Below are positions 20,298-29,586 of a DNA stretch of 64,000 nucleotides, one piece after another; the first letter of the stretch is position 1; every line of letters starts with the position of its first letter. A program made the position numbers and the translations under genes. Below the pieces are notes generated by a model that saw only the letters and a program-made list of their open reading frames with translations, did not search any database and was not told the DNA's origin. The DNA comes from an uncultured archaeon (GTDB taxonomy: Archaea; Iainarchaeota; Iainarchaeia; Iainarchaeales; 1-14-0-10-31-34): assembly GCA_964608675.1 (NCBI GenBank), contig CAZSOZ010000001.1, forward strand, positions 192,001-256,000, read 5' to 3'.

Positions 20298-20603
20298 TTA
20301 TCTTCTCTTAATAAAAGAAGAATAATAAGATTTTCTTGATTTTGGTTCTTCTTCAGTATCAGAAGATCTTCCGCTTCCTACAATAAGAATGTCTTTTGCA
20401 GACCTTACATTTTTGTAGGGAACACTTTTTTCTTTAATTATTTTCTTTGCTTCTTGTTTTGATTTGACTTTTAAAGGCTCAGTAGTTATTGTTTCTATTT
20501 TTCCTTTTTCTAGGTTAATAACTAAGTCAAATACTTTTCCTTTGTATTCTGCATTGTCTGTATAAATGTCCATTCCAAATAGTTTAGATAATCTTACACT
20601 CAT
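20298..20603 (-). CDS. PRC-barrel domain protein (archaeal YlmC/CdpB-like)
   Basis: LSKLFGMDIYTDNAEYKGKVFDLVINLEKGKI...VPYKNVRSAKDILIV. Confidence 0.8.
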   Translation of the reverse strand: MSVRLSKLFGMDIYTDNAEYKGKVFDLVINLEKGKIETITTEPLKVKSKQEAKKIIKEKSVPYKNVRSAKDILIVGSGRSSDTEEEPKSRKSYYSSFIKRR

Positions 20604-20849
20604 AGAAACACCTCAATAACTTAAATTAAATATTAACTCCTTTTAAATATATAAACTTTTGGGTTTAAAGATGAAAAAAACAAGGTTTTTTCGATAAATT
20701 TCTTCGGAAAAAAAGAAATATACATAACTGGCAATTTCTTGGGCTGTCTGATACAGTCCAAATAGAAACTAAATAGGCAAATATACATAATTTTTTAAGT
20801 TTTTTTGTTGTTTTTTCTTAATTAATAAAATTAGTGGAAGTAAAGGGAG

Positions 20850-21710
20850 TCAAAGGCTGTCTAAAGGGCTTTGCACTTTTTTTAGTTCGTTTGTTGAAAC
20901 AAAAGTGTATATTTGGGTTGTGGCAAGATTGCTGTGTCCGAGTAATTCCTGTATTTTTCTGATGTTTTCGCCTGATTCAAGAAGATGTGTGGCAAAACTA
21001 TGGCGCAGGACATGAGGTGTAACTTTTTTTGGGATTCCTGCTTTTTTTCCGTATTTTTTTACCATTCTTTCAATAGTGTCAGCAGTAATTGGTTTTCCGT
21101 TCTTTTTTGAAAAAACGAACTCGCTTTTAATTTTTTTTCTTTTTAAATATTTTTTAAGGTTATGAATCCATTTTTTTGAAAGAATTATTATTCTGTCTTT
21201 TTTTCCTTTTCCTCCTTGTACTCTTGCAAGTCCTTCTTTTAATTCAAGGTTTTCAACCCGCATTTTTGCGCATTCGCTTACCCTTACTCCGCTTGAATAA
21301 AGGAATTCAATTATTGTTCTGTCTCTTCCTGCTTTTGCTGATTTGATTAAAGATTTTACTTCTTTTTTTGTTAATATTGTTGGGAGTTTTTTTTCTTTTT
21401 TTGGGACTTTAATTTCATTAAGTATTTTGTTTTTTAGGACTGCTTCAAAAAAAAATTTTAGTGCCGAGTGGACAAGAGAAATAGATGTATTTGATAAATT
21501 TTCTTTTTCTTTTTTTAGTGCAATATATTTTACTAAGTCGTCTCTTGAAATTTGTTCAGGAGGGGTTTTTATTTTGCGGAAAAAATCCTCTAAATAACAC
21601 AAATACATTTTTAGGGTTCTCTCAGAATAACCAGAAATAATTAATTCTTCGCGTGTTTTCTGAATAAATTTTTTTTGTTCTTCTGAGAAACTTTCGTTTG
21701 GTTGTTCCAT
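20850..21710 (-). CDS. xerA: XerA-like tyrosine recombinase
   Basis: SAM-like N-terminus (YSERT..Y); catalytic GVRVSE, GKGKKDR, HVLRHSFATH, LGH and TTQIYT. Confidence 0.88.
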   Translation of the reverse strand: MEQPNESFSEEQKKFIQKTREELIISGYSERTLKMYLCYLEDFFRKIKTPPEQISRDDLVKYIALKKEKENLSNTSISLVHSALKFFFEAVLKNKILNEIKVPKKEKKLPTILTKKEVKSLIKSAKAGRDRTIIEFLYSSGVRVSECAKMRVENLELKEGLARVQGGKGKKDRIIILSKKWIHNLKKYLKRKKIKSEFVFSKKNGKPITADTIERMVKKYGKKAGIPKKVTPHVLRHSFATHLLESGENIRKIQELLGHSNLATTQIYTFVSTNELKKVQSPLDSL

Positions 21711-21815
21711 AGAAAAGAATATGTTTCTTCTGATTAATAAATTTTTTCAGAGAAAAAGCAAATTGTTTTTATTTGGTATTATTTAATAATTTATTAGACA
21801 GAAGAGGGGTGCTTT

Positions 21816-22175
21816 ATGGAAAGAAAAATTATTAATATTACGTTCGAAGACGGAGAAGAAATTGTTGAAGGATTAAAGACTGCTTTGTCCGAAAACAAAA
21901 TAGAAAAAGCAATAATGACAAGTGTTGAGGGAAAAATAAAAGATTTTGATTTGAATGTATTTAAAGGAGCGGTTTACAGAAAAAATCATTTTGAAGAATC
22001 TTTCAAAATAACTTCTATTCACGGAGTTTTTGTTGAAAAAGGAAATATGGGGTATAAAGGAGAAATTACAGTTTCTTTAGCAGGGCCGGAAGGCAGTTCA
22101 GTTGGAGGAACATTATTAAATGCAAAAGCCTCAGGAAATTTGATTATTAAAGCCGAAATAAATTCATTTAAGTGA
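21816..22175 (+). CDS. PPC/DUF296 domain protein
   Basis: GEEIVEGL, ITSIHG and VSLAGPEGSSVGGTL motifs. Confidence 0.75.
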   Translation: MERKIINITFEDGEEIVEGLKTALSENKIEKAIMTSVEGKIKDFDLNVFKGAVYRKNHFEESFKITSIHGVFVEKGNMGYKGEITVSLAGPEGSSVGGTLLNAKASGNLIIKAEINSFK

Positions 22176-22180
22176 ATCAA

Positions 22181-22375
22181 ATGAATAAAATACAGCTGGC
22201 AGGAATAAGCATGTTTTTTTTAGGGGCATTAGTCCTTTTAATTATTTAATTTATGAATTTTTTTCAGAATTAACAGGAATTCCAGAAACAGCTAAAATAG
22301 CTTTGGCATTAATTTTTTTGGGCCTTTTGGTTGTTTTAGGATCCTTGATTTATGAAAGAATAAAGGAGGGAAAAA
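22181..22375 (+). pseudogene. Small two-TM membrane protein with apparent frameshift
   Basis: MNKIQLAGISMFFLGALVL in one frame continues as ...YEFFSELTGIPETAKIALALIFLGLLVVLGSLIYERIK in another. Confidence 0.45.
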
Positions 22376-22690
22376 ATGATTATAGTTTCAACAGATTTTA
22401 TAAAAGGAAGAGAAATAAAAGAAACACTTGGGTTGGTGAGAGGAAACACAATTAAAGCAAAATGGTTTGGAAAAGACATAATGTCAGGATTAAGGCAAAT
22501 AGTAGGAAGAGAACTAAAAGAGTATACTGAAATGCTTACAGAAGCAAGAGAAGAAGCAACACAGAGAATGCTGCAGGAAGCAGAAAAGTTGGGAGCAGAC
22601 GCAATAATAAATGTAAGATACACTACCTCGCAAGTAATGGCTTCAGCAGCAGAAATTCTTGTGTATGGGACAGCAGTCAAACTAAAATAA
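22376..22690 (+). CDS. YbjQ/UPF0145 family protein
   Basis: LGLVRGNT, GLRQIVG.E...Y and GADAII...YGTAV motifs. Confidence 0.9.
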   Translation: MIIVSTDFIKGREIKETLGLVRGNTIKAKWFGKDIMSGLRQIVGRELKEYTEMLTEAREEATQRMLQEAEKLGADAIINVRYTTSQVMASAAEILVYGTAVKLK

Positions 22691-22715
22691 TTATTTCTAC
22701 ATAACTCTGGGTTGG

Positions 22716-23096
22716 GTGTTAAAAAAAATGAAGTATGCTTTTTCTGAAACACATACTTTTAAAGCAAGAGAACTGGCAAAAAAACTTAATTATTCCCATA
22801 TTTTTTTAGACAGGATTGCGTGCATTGTTTCCAAAGGCACAAAAACTAAAAGAACTGTTGCAAGAATTCATACTTTAGGAAAAGCAATGCAATTAGGAAT
22901 GAGCGAAAAACCGTTTTATGTAATTGAATTAATGGAACCTTTTTTCAAAGAAAGCGAAGAAGAACAAACAAAAACTTTAATCCACGAATTAATGCACATT
23001 CCTCATAATTTTGGAGGAGGCTTTAGGCATCACAAACCGTTTGTAAGCAAAAAAAAAGTTGAAATAGAATTCAATCGGATTCAGAAGGTTCTTTGA
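22716..23096 (+). CDS. Putative Zn metallopeptidase
   Basis: TLIHELMHIP..FGGGFRHH (HExxH). Confidence 0.75.
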   Translation: MLKKMKYAFSETHTFKARELAKKLNYSHIFLDRIACIVSKGTKTKRTVARIHTLGKAMQLGMSEKPFYVIELMEPFFKESEEEQTKTLIHELMHIPHNFGGGFRHHKPFVSKKKVEIEFNRIQKVL

Positions 23097-23250
23097 AAAG
23101 TTTTTTGCAGTTAAGGCATTTAAATAATTTATATGCTCCGTTTACAATCTTTCTTGTTCCCCAATAACGGGTTTTTTTTGATTTACAGTAAATACATTCA
23201 GGTTCCATGCCATATAAAAAAAGAAACTTCTTTTTTTAAATAGGGAAAAA

Positions 23251-24090
23251 ATGATTTCAAGAACAGTTGTTTTTGCAGTAAATTTTTTAAGAGAAACCTC
23301 TGACAAAATAAAAAACAATGCAAGAAATTATTTTTTAGGATTCAAAATTTTTTTGAATGTAAAAAATTGGAAGGACTATTATTTTGACTGCAAAAAAAAA
23401 GCAGAAAAAAAGTTTATTGTTTATGATTTAAAAAATGGATTAAAAATAATTACAAGAAGCAAAACAAAAGACAGAGATATTTTTTCTGAAATTTTTTTTG
23501 GAAACGAATATTTTTTTAATGAATTCAAGCTTCCTGAAAAAGCAGTTGTATTTGATGTTGGCGCTCACATAGGGGTCTTTTCTGTTTTTGTTTCAAATAA
23601 AGCCCAAAAAATTTTTGCTTTTGAACCTGCTCCAGAAAACTTTGAACTGCTTAAAAAAAACATTGAATTAAACAGGCTTGAAAGCAAAGTTTTTGCTTTT
23701 AATTCAGCTGTTTCCAGCAGAAAAGGAACACAAAAATTTTTTTTGTATTCATTTAATTCAGGAGGCAATTCCTTTTTTCAGCTTCAAGGAACAGGCATGA
23801 AAAAATCAATTGAAGTATTAACAATAACTCTTAAAGAAGTATTTGAAAAACACAAAATTAAAGAATGTGATTTAATGAAAGTTGACATTGAAGGAGAAGA
23901 ATTTGATTTATTTTATAATATGCCTGAAAAAACACTGAAAAAAATTAAAAGAATTGTTATGGAATGCCATCCATTTAATGAAAACAAACCAGAAAAACTG
24001 GTTGAATTCTTAAAACAAAAAGGCTTTAAAATTAAAAAACAAAGAAAAAGCTTTGGAATGCTTTTAATTCTAGCAGAAAACAAAAAATAA
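23251..24090 (+). CDS. FkbM-family SAM methyltransferase
   Basis: FDVGAHIG, AFEP and KVDIEGEE motifs. Confidence 0.9.
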   Translation: MISRTVVFAVNFLRETSDKIKNNARNYFLGFKIFLNVKNWKDYYFDCKKKAEKKFIVYDLKNGLKIITRSKTKDRDIFSEIFFGNEYFFNEFKLPEKAVVFDVGAHIGVFSVFVSNKAQKIFAFEPAPENFELLKKNIELNRLESKVFAFNSAVSSRKGTQKFFLYSFNSGGNSFFQLQGTGMKKSIEVLTITLKEVFEKHKIKECDLMKVDIEGEEFDLFYNMPEKTLKKIKRIVMECHPFNENKPEKLVEFLKQKGFKIKKQRKSFGMLLILAENKK

Positions 24091-24125
24091 CAAAATTTAT
24101 TAATAAGAAAAACTTTATTCCTAAC

Positions 24126-24995
24126 ATGCAAAAAAAGATTTTCTTTGTATTTTTTCTGCTTTTGTTTTCTAATCTGGTTTTTGCGCAGACCCAAGAATTA
24201 ACTAATTTAATTAAAGCCTATTTTGATGCAACACAAAAAAAGGATTCAGAAGCAGTAATGAACACTTATTTTTATCCTGAAGGAATAACAGAAGAATTCA
24301 AAGCAAACGAAAAACAAAATATTCAGGCAAGGATTGACAGACAAGCACTGCAAAATGTTGAATTTACTTTTGTCAGTGAAGAAATATTCAATCAAAGAAA
24401 AAATGCTTACGTTGAAATAAATATCACAGAAGGCACAATACTTAATGATAACAGGCAAAGAGTTGATTTAAAAAAAGAAACACAATACTTTGTTTTTGAA
24501 AAACAAGGGATTCACTGGAAAATACTTAATAATAGTGTGAAATCAGAGGATTTTAATCCTGCACAAAAAGAAGAATATATAGATTACTTTAAGGAAACCT
24601 TTTTTGCTTCCATACAACAGCAAGGCGGTTTTAAGCCAGGCTATGACGGAACACAGGAAGCAAGCAATCAAAACGAAGGGATAGGAATCCTTGATATGCT
24701 GATTGGAGCAATAAGCATTGGAATAATAATAGTTATTTTGTTGATAATTTTTTTCAGTGTAACAGGAAAAGACAAAAAGAAAGGACAAAATGTTGTGGTT
24801 AACGTTAATTCAAATGGAAGTCAGCCAACAAAAAAACAGGAAACCCAAAAAAAAATGAAGGCTCTGGGAGTCAAACTAAACCCTGAAACAAAAAAAGAGT
24901 TTTCTGATGCAATGAAAATTTTAAGAAAAAGATACGCAACAGGAGAAATTAATAAACAGCAATTTGATGAAATAAAAAAAGAGTTGGGAGAATGA
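24126..24995 (+). CDS. Secreted/membrane protein: signal peptide, NTF2-like domain, TM and SHOCT tail
   Basis: Signal peptide; YF.A...WKI NTF2-like pattern; TM; ILRKRYATGEI...F...K SHOCT motif. Confidence 0.65.
   Translation: MQKKIFFVFFLLLFSNLVFAQTQELTNLIKAYFDATQKKDSEAVMNTYFYPEGITEEFKANEKQNIQARIDRQALQNVEFTFVSEEIFNQRKNAYVEINITEGTILNDNRQRVDLKKETQYFVFEKQGIHWKILNNSVKSEDFNPAQKEEYIDYFKETFFASIQQQGGFKPGYDGTQEASNQNEGIGILDMLIGAISIGIIIVILLIIFFSVTGKDKKKGQNVVVNVNSNGSQPTKKQETQKKMKALGVKLNPETKKEFSDAMKILRKRYATGEINKQQFDEIKKELGE
24782..24949 (+). repeat. 168-bp perfect direct repeat, copy 1
   Basis: Identical base for base to 27740-27907 (AGGACAAAATG...GGAGAAAT). Confidence 0.95.
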
Positions 24996-25432
24996 AAGGA
25001 ATAGTAAAAACTTTAATTATTGTTTTAGTTGTTTTAATTGCGTTGGATGCAGTTTTGATTTTTATTGCAGATAACATTGATTTTGATTCAGGAAACTTTT
25101 TAGGGGGATTAGGAGGAGCAACAAATCCAAATAATACAAATGGAGACAACTGGCTGAATGGAGACACAGGAAACAGCCAAGGAAGTTTTCTTGGAAGCAA
25201 TTTTGATACAGCAATAGTCATTGAAGCAAAAAATGAAGGAGAAGGATTATCAAAAGAACACGAATGGCTGGCAAATAACGCATGCATAGGAAAAAGCCCC
25301 GAGCAAGATTTATATGAAGAATTAATTAAACACAATGGAAGCTGGTATGACAAGTTTATAATTACCTGCAGCGATGGAAGCAAAGAAACTTATTACTTTA
25401 ACATTGATAGCTTTAATGGAGTATGGGAATAA
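24992..25432 (+). CDS. Membrane-anchored protein with G/N-rich linker and two-Cys domain (paralog of 28376..28756)
   Basis: N-terminal TM; FDTAIVI...EWL..NAC...WYD...C.DG...YYFNIDSF.G.W. Confidence 0.65.
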   Translation: MKGIVKTLIIVLVVLIALDAVLIFIADNIDFDSGNFLGGLGGATNPNNTNGDNWLNGDTGNSQGSFLGSNFDTAIVIEAKNEGEGLSKEHEWLANNACIGKSPEQDLYEELIKHNGSWYDKFIITCSDGSKETYYFNIDSFNGVWE

Positions 25433-25446
25433 TTTAGGTGAAAAAA

Positions 25447-27072
25447 ATGAAAAAAATTTTTTTGTTTGTTTTTGTTTTGCTGTTTTTCTTTGTTTTACTT
25501 CAACCAGTTTTAGCTGACCCAAAAGATGCAGATGAAAAGATAGGCAAACCTTGTTATGGAGTAATCGAAAAACTGAAAGGAAAAAAAGGAATTATAGATG
25601 ACTACAGCACTTATTGGAGCACGTATACCTGTCAAATTGGGGATTCAGGTTATTATCAAATTGCGCCTGGAAGCGGAAGGCTTGTTTGGACTGACAACCA
25701 TTGTGCAGACGGAGTGCAAGATGAAGGAGAAGAAGGCATAGATTGCGGGGGGGATTGTTCTCCTTGTCCTGAATGCAAAGAAAACGAAGATTGCGGTCCA
25801 GGAGGAAAATGTGTTTCAGGTCAATGCGAAAACCCTGATGAAGATAAAGATGTTGACAAAAAAGAATGCACATATGATTCTGATTGCCCTAAAGGAGAAT
25901 GCATTGAAGGCAAATGTGTTTCAGCAACTTTGGGTTTAAATGTTCAATTGAATATGCAGGAAGTTTTACTAAAAAAAGGCCAGGAATTAATTATTACTGC
26001 AATTGTTTCAGGGCCAAAAAATGCAGCAGTAAGCTTTCATGTTTCTGACCCAAAAGGATTATTTTATTCTAATGGCGTCAGCAAAAGCAAATCAATTGAT
26101 GCATCAGGAAAAGCAGTTTTAAGTTTAAGGTTTCCTTCTTACAATCAAATGACCAAAGAAAAAAGAGAACAACTTCCGTATGAAATGCCAATAACAGTTA
26201 GTGCAGCAAGCCATGACCAGTTTGTTGAAAAAAAAGCAAAAATTACTTTGATTTCTCCTGCGCCAAAAATTACTTTGGTTGAAATAAAACCTTTGCCTGT
26301 GCGTTCATATAACGCTTATTTGATTACAGTGCAAATTGAAGACCCTGATTCCAGTGAATTCCAGTACTTTTTTAAAACACAGGGAATTGATTTTGTTTCA
26401 GAATTAGAGGATTCAAGTGGAGGAAATAAAGTTAAAATGCTTTTAGTTGATTCTGCAAGCAAAAGTGCTTCAGTGAATTATTTTTCAGAAGAAATAGGGT
26501 TTAATGCAAACGAAATTTTAATGGCGCAAGAAATGGAAGGAACATTAAAAGGAGTTGGAAAGAGCGCGTTAATGACTGCAGGAAAAGCTGCAGAAAAAAA
26601 GTATTCAAAAAAGATTGCAGAAAGCAAATTGTTTGTTTTAATTCAAAAAAGAGGAGGAAAATATATTCCAATAATTGGAACAGCAAAAACTCTTTATGGG
26701 TTATGGGGGAACGCAAAAAATTCAGGAGAAAAACTTGCTTCTTTGATGGAGTCAGCTAATTGGAGGGAAGCAATGTATCACGGATCAGATTTAACTTTGG
26801 AAGGAATTAAAGCAACAGCAGGAGTAGTTGATTTAGTTTTTGGAGAAGTTCCAATTATAGGTCAATTTGCTGATTTAAGCCAGGATTTAGTTGATTCAGC
26901 TTTAAGTGCAGGGCAAAGTTATCTGAAAAAAATGGCTTCAGATGAAAGATTTAAATCATCACAGGAAAGAGAAATAACTAAAAGAGTTATAATTAAAGTA
27001 AGGGATGAAGACAAGTTTCTTGATTCAGAGACTTTAGAATTTAAAATGAAGTTTCATTGGGTGGCTAATTGA
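25447..27072 (+). CDS. Large secreted protein with Cys-rich repeats, Ig-like segments and a hydrophobic helical insert
   Basis: Signal peptide; CADGVQDEGEEGIDCGGDC plus two C-x4-C-x4/5-C-x4-C units; AGGTGA RBS before ATG 25447. Confidence 0.65.
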   Translation: MKKIFLFVFVLLFFFVLLQPVLADPKDADEKIGKPCYGVIEKLKGKKGIIDDYSTYWSTYTCQIGDSGYYQIAPGSGRLVWTDNHCADGVQDEGEEGIDCGGDCSPCPECKENEDCGPGGKCVSGQCENPDEDKDVDKKECTYDSDCPKGECIEGKCVSATLGLNVQLNMQEVLLKKGQELIITAIVSGPKNAAVSFHVSDPKGLFYSNGVSKSKSIDASGKAVLSLRFPSYNQMTKEKREQLPYEMPITVSAASHDQFVEKKAKITLISPAPKITLVEIKPLPVRSYNAYLITVQIEDPDSSEFQYFFKTQGIDFVSELEDSSGGNKVKMLLVDSASKSASVNYFSEEIGFNANEILMAQEMEGTLKGVGKSALMTAGKAAEKKYSKKIAESKLFVLIQKRGGKYIPIIGTAKTLYGLWGNAKNSGEKLASLMESANWREAMYHGSDLTLEGIKATAGVVDLVFGEVPIIGQFADLSQDLVDSALSAGQSYLKKMASDERFKSSQEREITKRVIIKVRDEDKFLDSETLEFKMKFHWVAN

Positions 27073-27953
27073 TGAAAGAAAAAATCGTTTTTTTATTATT
27101 AATTTTGTTTTGTTTTTCTTTTGTTTCAGCGAATTCACCAAAAGAAGCAGTTGAAAAATATTATTCTAGTTCTGCTTCAGAAAATTTAGAGGAATATTTT
27201 TCTGTAGTTGATTTAAGCGGTTTAACTGAAGAAGATACTGCTTTAGAAAAAATGATTGTTGAATTAACTTGGAATACAATTGATGAACAAACTTATTCAA
27301 TTAAAGAAATGGAAAGTGTTATGGATGAAACAGGAACAGGGGCGTTAGTTCAATTTAAATTGAGTGCAAGCTATAAAAACACTAAAACAGGAGAAACAAC
27401 TTCATTTAATGATGTTGATTATATTGCGTTGCTTTCAAAACAAGAAAACTGGAAAATAGTTTATTCCATTCCAATGAAAGAATACTTGGAGTTAAGGCAA
27501 AGGACTCTTGATTTAAAAGCAGTAGAAGAAGAAATGCAGACTTTTAAGGAAGAAGAACCAAAAACAGAAGGAAAACTGTTAGTGGATGGAAAACCATATA
27601 CAGGAAACCCAGAAAAAGGTTCTCTGCTGGGCTTAATTGATTCTCTTATTTTTGGAGTTCAAGTAATAATTGCAATAATTGTTTTGTTGTTGATTTTGTC
27701 TTTTTTTACTGGAAACAAAAAAGAAGAAAAAAGTTCAGGAGGACAAAATGTTGTGGTTAACGTTAATTCAAATGGAAGTCAGCCAACAAAAAAACAGGAA
27801 ACCCAAAAAAAAATGAAGGCTCTGGGAGTCAAACTAAACCCTGAAACAAAAAAAGAGTTTTCTGATGCAATGAAAATTTTAAGAAAAAGATACGCAACAG
27901 GAGAAATCACAAAAAAAGAATTTAATCAAATGAAAAAGGATTTGGGTAATTAA
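27072..27953 (+). CDS. Secreted/membrane protein: signal peptide, NTF2-like domain, TM and SHOCT tail (paralog of 24126..24995)
   Basis: SPKEAVEKYY...WKIV; TM; 56-codon segment identical to the paralog. Confidence 0.65.
   Translation: MKEKIVFLLLILFCFSFVSANSPKEAVEKYYSSSASENLEEYFSVVDLSGLTEEDTALEKMIVELTWNTIDEQTYSIKEMESVMDETGTGALVQFKLSASYKNTKTGETTSFNDVDYIALLSKQENWKIVYSIPMKEYLELRQRTLDLKAVEEEMQTFKEEEPKTEGKLLVDGKPYTGNPEKGSLLGLIDSLIFGVQVIIAIIVLLLILSFFTGNKKEEKSSGGQNVVVNVNSNGSQPTKKQETQKKMKALGVKLNPETKKEFSDAMKILRKRYATGEITKKEFNQMKKDLGN
27740..27907 (+). repeat. 168-bp perfect direct repeat, copy 2
   Basis: Identical to 24782-24949. Confidence 0.95.
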
Positions 27954-27954
27954 A

Positions 27955-28353
27955 ATGCTGGGAAAACTTTTTTTGTTTGGATTACTGGTTTTTTTCTTAA
28001 TAATTTTAGGAGGATTATTTGTTGTAAGAGGAATCGCAGTTGAAATGCAGGAACAAGGAATTCCAGTAGATGACTTAGGGCAACTATTTTTTCAGAAAGA
28101 AAGCTTTCCACAACAATTAGAAGGGCTTGTTGATGACAGCCAAATAAATTCTTCTCAAAACACAATTGATTCAAGCAAGATTACTTCAAAAGAAGCAACA
28201 GATGCATACCAGGATTACATTGATGCATACAATAAATTAACTGAATTAATGTCTGAAGGAAAAGGAGATACTCCTGAAGGACAGCAGGCATACAGGGAAT
28301 ACAAAGAAGCAAAAGAAAAATATGAGGCAATAGCTCAATCTTTAAGTAATTAA
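27955..28353 (+). CDS. Membrane-anchored hypothetical protein with C-terminal helical hairpin
   Basis: N-terminal TM; AYQDYIDAYNKL...GDTPEGQQAYREYKEAKEKYE. Confidence 0.6.
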   Translation: MLGKLFLFGLLVFFLIILGGLFVVRGIAVEMQEQGIPVDDLGQLFFQKESFPQQLEGLVDDSQINSSQNTIDSSKITSKEATDAYQDYIDAYNKLTELMSEGKGDTPEGQQAYREYKEAKEKYEAIAQSLSN

Positions 28354-28375
28354 AAAATCATCAGAAGGAAAAAAA

Positions 28376-28756
28376 ATGAAAAAAATAGTTTTAGTTGGAT
28401 TAATTTTAATGATTTTATTTAGTTTTGGTTGTTTTACTCCAATAGAACCAAAACCATTGGAACCAACAAACAGAGACAGCAAAGGAAACAGAGACATAAA
28501 ATCAACTCAAGAAGGATTAAGTTTTGAAACAGCAATAGTCATTCAGGCAGACAACGAAGAAAACGGAATTCAAATGGAATATGATTGGTTAACAGAAAAT
28601 GCTTGTCCTGAACAAGGAGGCCCAAAAGAAAGAACCACACAACAATTAGAGCAAAAAAATGGGAAATGGTATGATGTGCTTTATGTTGAATGTCATAACG
28701 GAGAAGAAATAATTTATTATTTTAATATTGACAGTTTTTTTGGAAAATGGGATTAA
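28376..28756 (+). CDS. Putative lipoprotein (paralog of 24992..25432)
   Basis: Signal peptide ending SFGC; shares the C-terminal domain. Confidence 0.65.
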   Translation: MKKIVLVGLILMILFSFGCFTPIEPKPLEPTNRDSKGNRDIKSTQEGLSFETAIVIQADNEENGIQMEYDWLTENACPEQGGPKERTTQQLEQKNGKWYDVLYVECHNGEEIIYYFNIDSFFGKWD

Positions 28757-28766
28757 AGGTGAAAAA

Positions 28767-29189
28767 ATGAAAAAAATACTTGCGTTAATTGTTTTGTGCG
28801 TTTTCTTGTTTGGGTGCCCTGACAACCCTAAACCAGAAGAAAAAGTGGTTTTCAAGGAAATTCCATGGGCAGAAATTCCTTCAAACTGCACTGAATTCAA
28901 GGACAATGTATGCGGATTGTTTTCCTGCATGGTTGAATCCTGCTGGTGCAAAGAAAGCCCTGAAATGATTGTATTGGAAGGAAATACTGTATTGCAGTCA
29001 GAAGGAGAAATAAAAGAATATTTTCAGGAAAAAAAAGAAGAAATAACAGGCACACAACTGCTTGAAATAACTAATACAGCAAAACTTAATCCAATTTTTT
29101 GGAACGTGTTTTTTACAACAGAAAATGGAGAGCAGATGCTTACTGTTGCAGCAGATGGAACAGTGATAGAAACAGTTTGCGGAGTCTAA
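28767..29189 (+). CDS. Putative Cys-rich lipoprotein
   Basis: MKKILAL...LFGC lipobox-like signal; AGGTGA RBS; several Cys. Confidence 0.6.
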   Translation: MKKILALIVLCVFLFGCPDNPKPEEKVVFKEIPWAEIPSNCTEFKDNVCGLFSCMVESCWCKESPEMIVLEGNTVLQSEGEIKEYFQEKKEEITGTQLLEITNTAKLNPIFWNVFFTTENGEQMLTVAADGTVIETVCGV

Positions 29190-29283
29190 AAAAAACCAAA
29201 ACAAACCCTTTTTTTTTCTTTTTTAGAAAAAAAAGACTGGAAAGTTTTAATTTATTTAATTTCATTTTTTTTAATGAGAAAAA

Positions 29284-29553
29284 ATGGATGACAGACTTTT
29301 TTATCAGGCGCCCCCGCCAAAAACAATAATACTAAAGGAATCAAAATTTAATCCAAAAAAAGCAGAAATCAAAACAGATCAGGCAATAATTTGGGAGAAT
29401 AAGGATTCATTTAAGCACACAATAACAGGATTTGGAATAAACAAAGAAATTCTTCCAGGAGAACAATTCACATACAAATTCGAAGAACCAGGAACTTATG
29501 AATACGAAAGCACTTTGCAGAAAGACATGAAAGGAACAACACTAGTAATGTAA
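29284..29553 (+). CDS. Cupredoxin/plastocyanin-like domain, probably truncated and lacking Cu ligands
   Basis: FNP...W.NKDS..HTIT...PG..F.Y.FEEPGTY.Y pattern; YESTLQKDMKG replaces the C-x2-H-x2-M ligand loop. Confidence 0.6.
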   Translation: MDDRLFYQAPPPKTIILKESKFNPKKAEIKTDQAIIWENKDSFKHTITGFGINKEILPGEQFTYKFEEPGTYEYESTLQKDMKGTTLVM

Positions 29554-29586
29554 TATTATACATAACTTTTTTTAGGAGGAAGTTAA

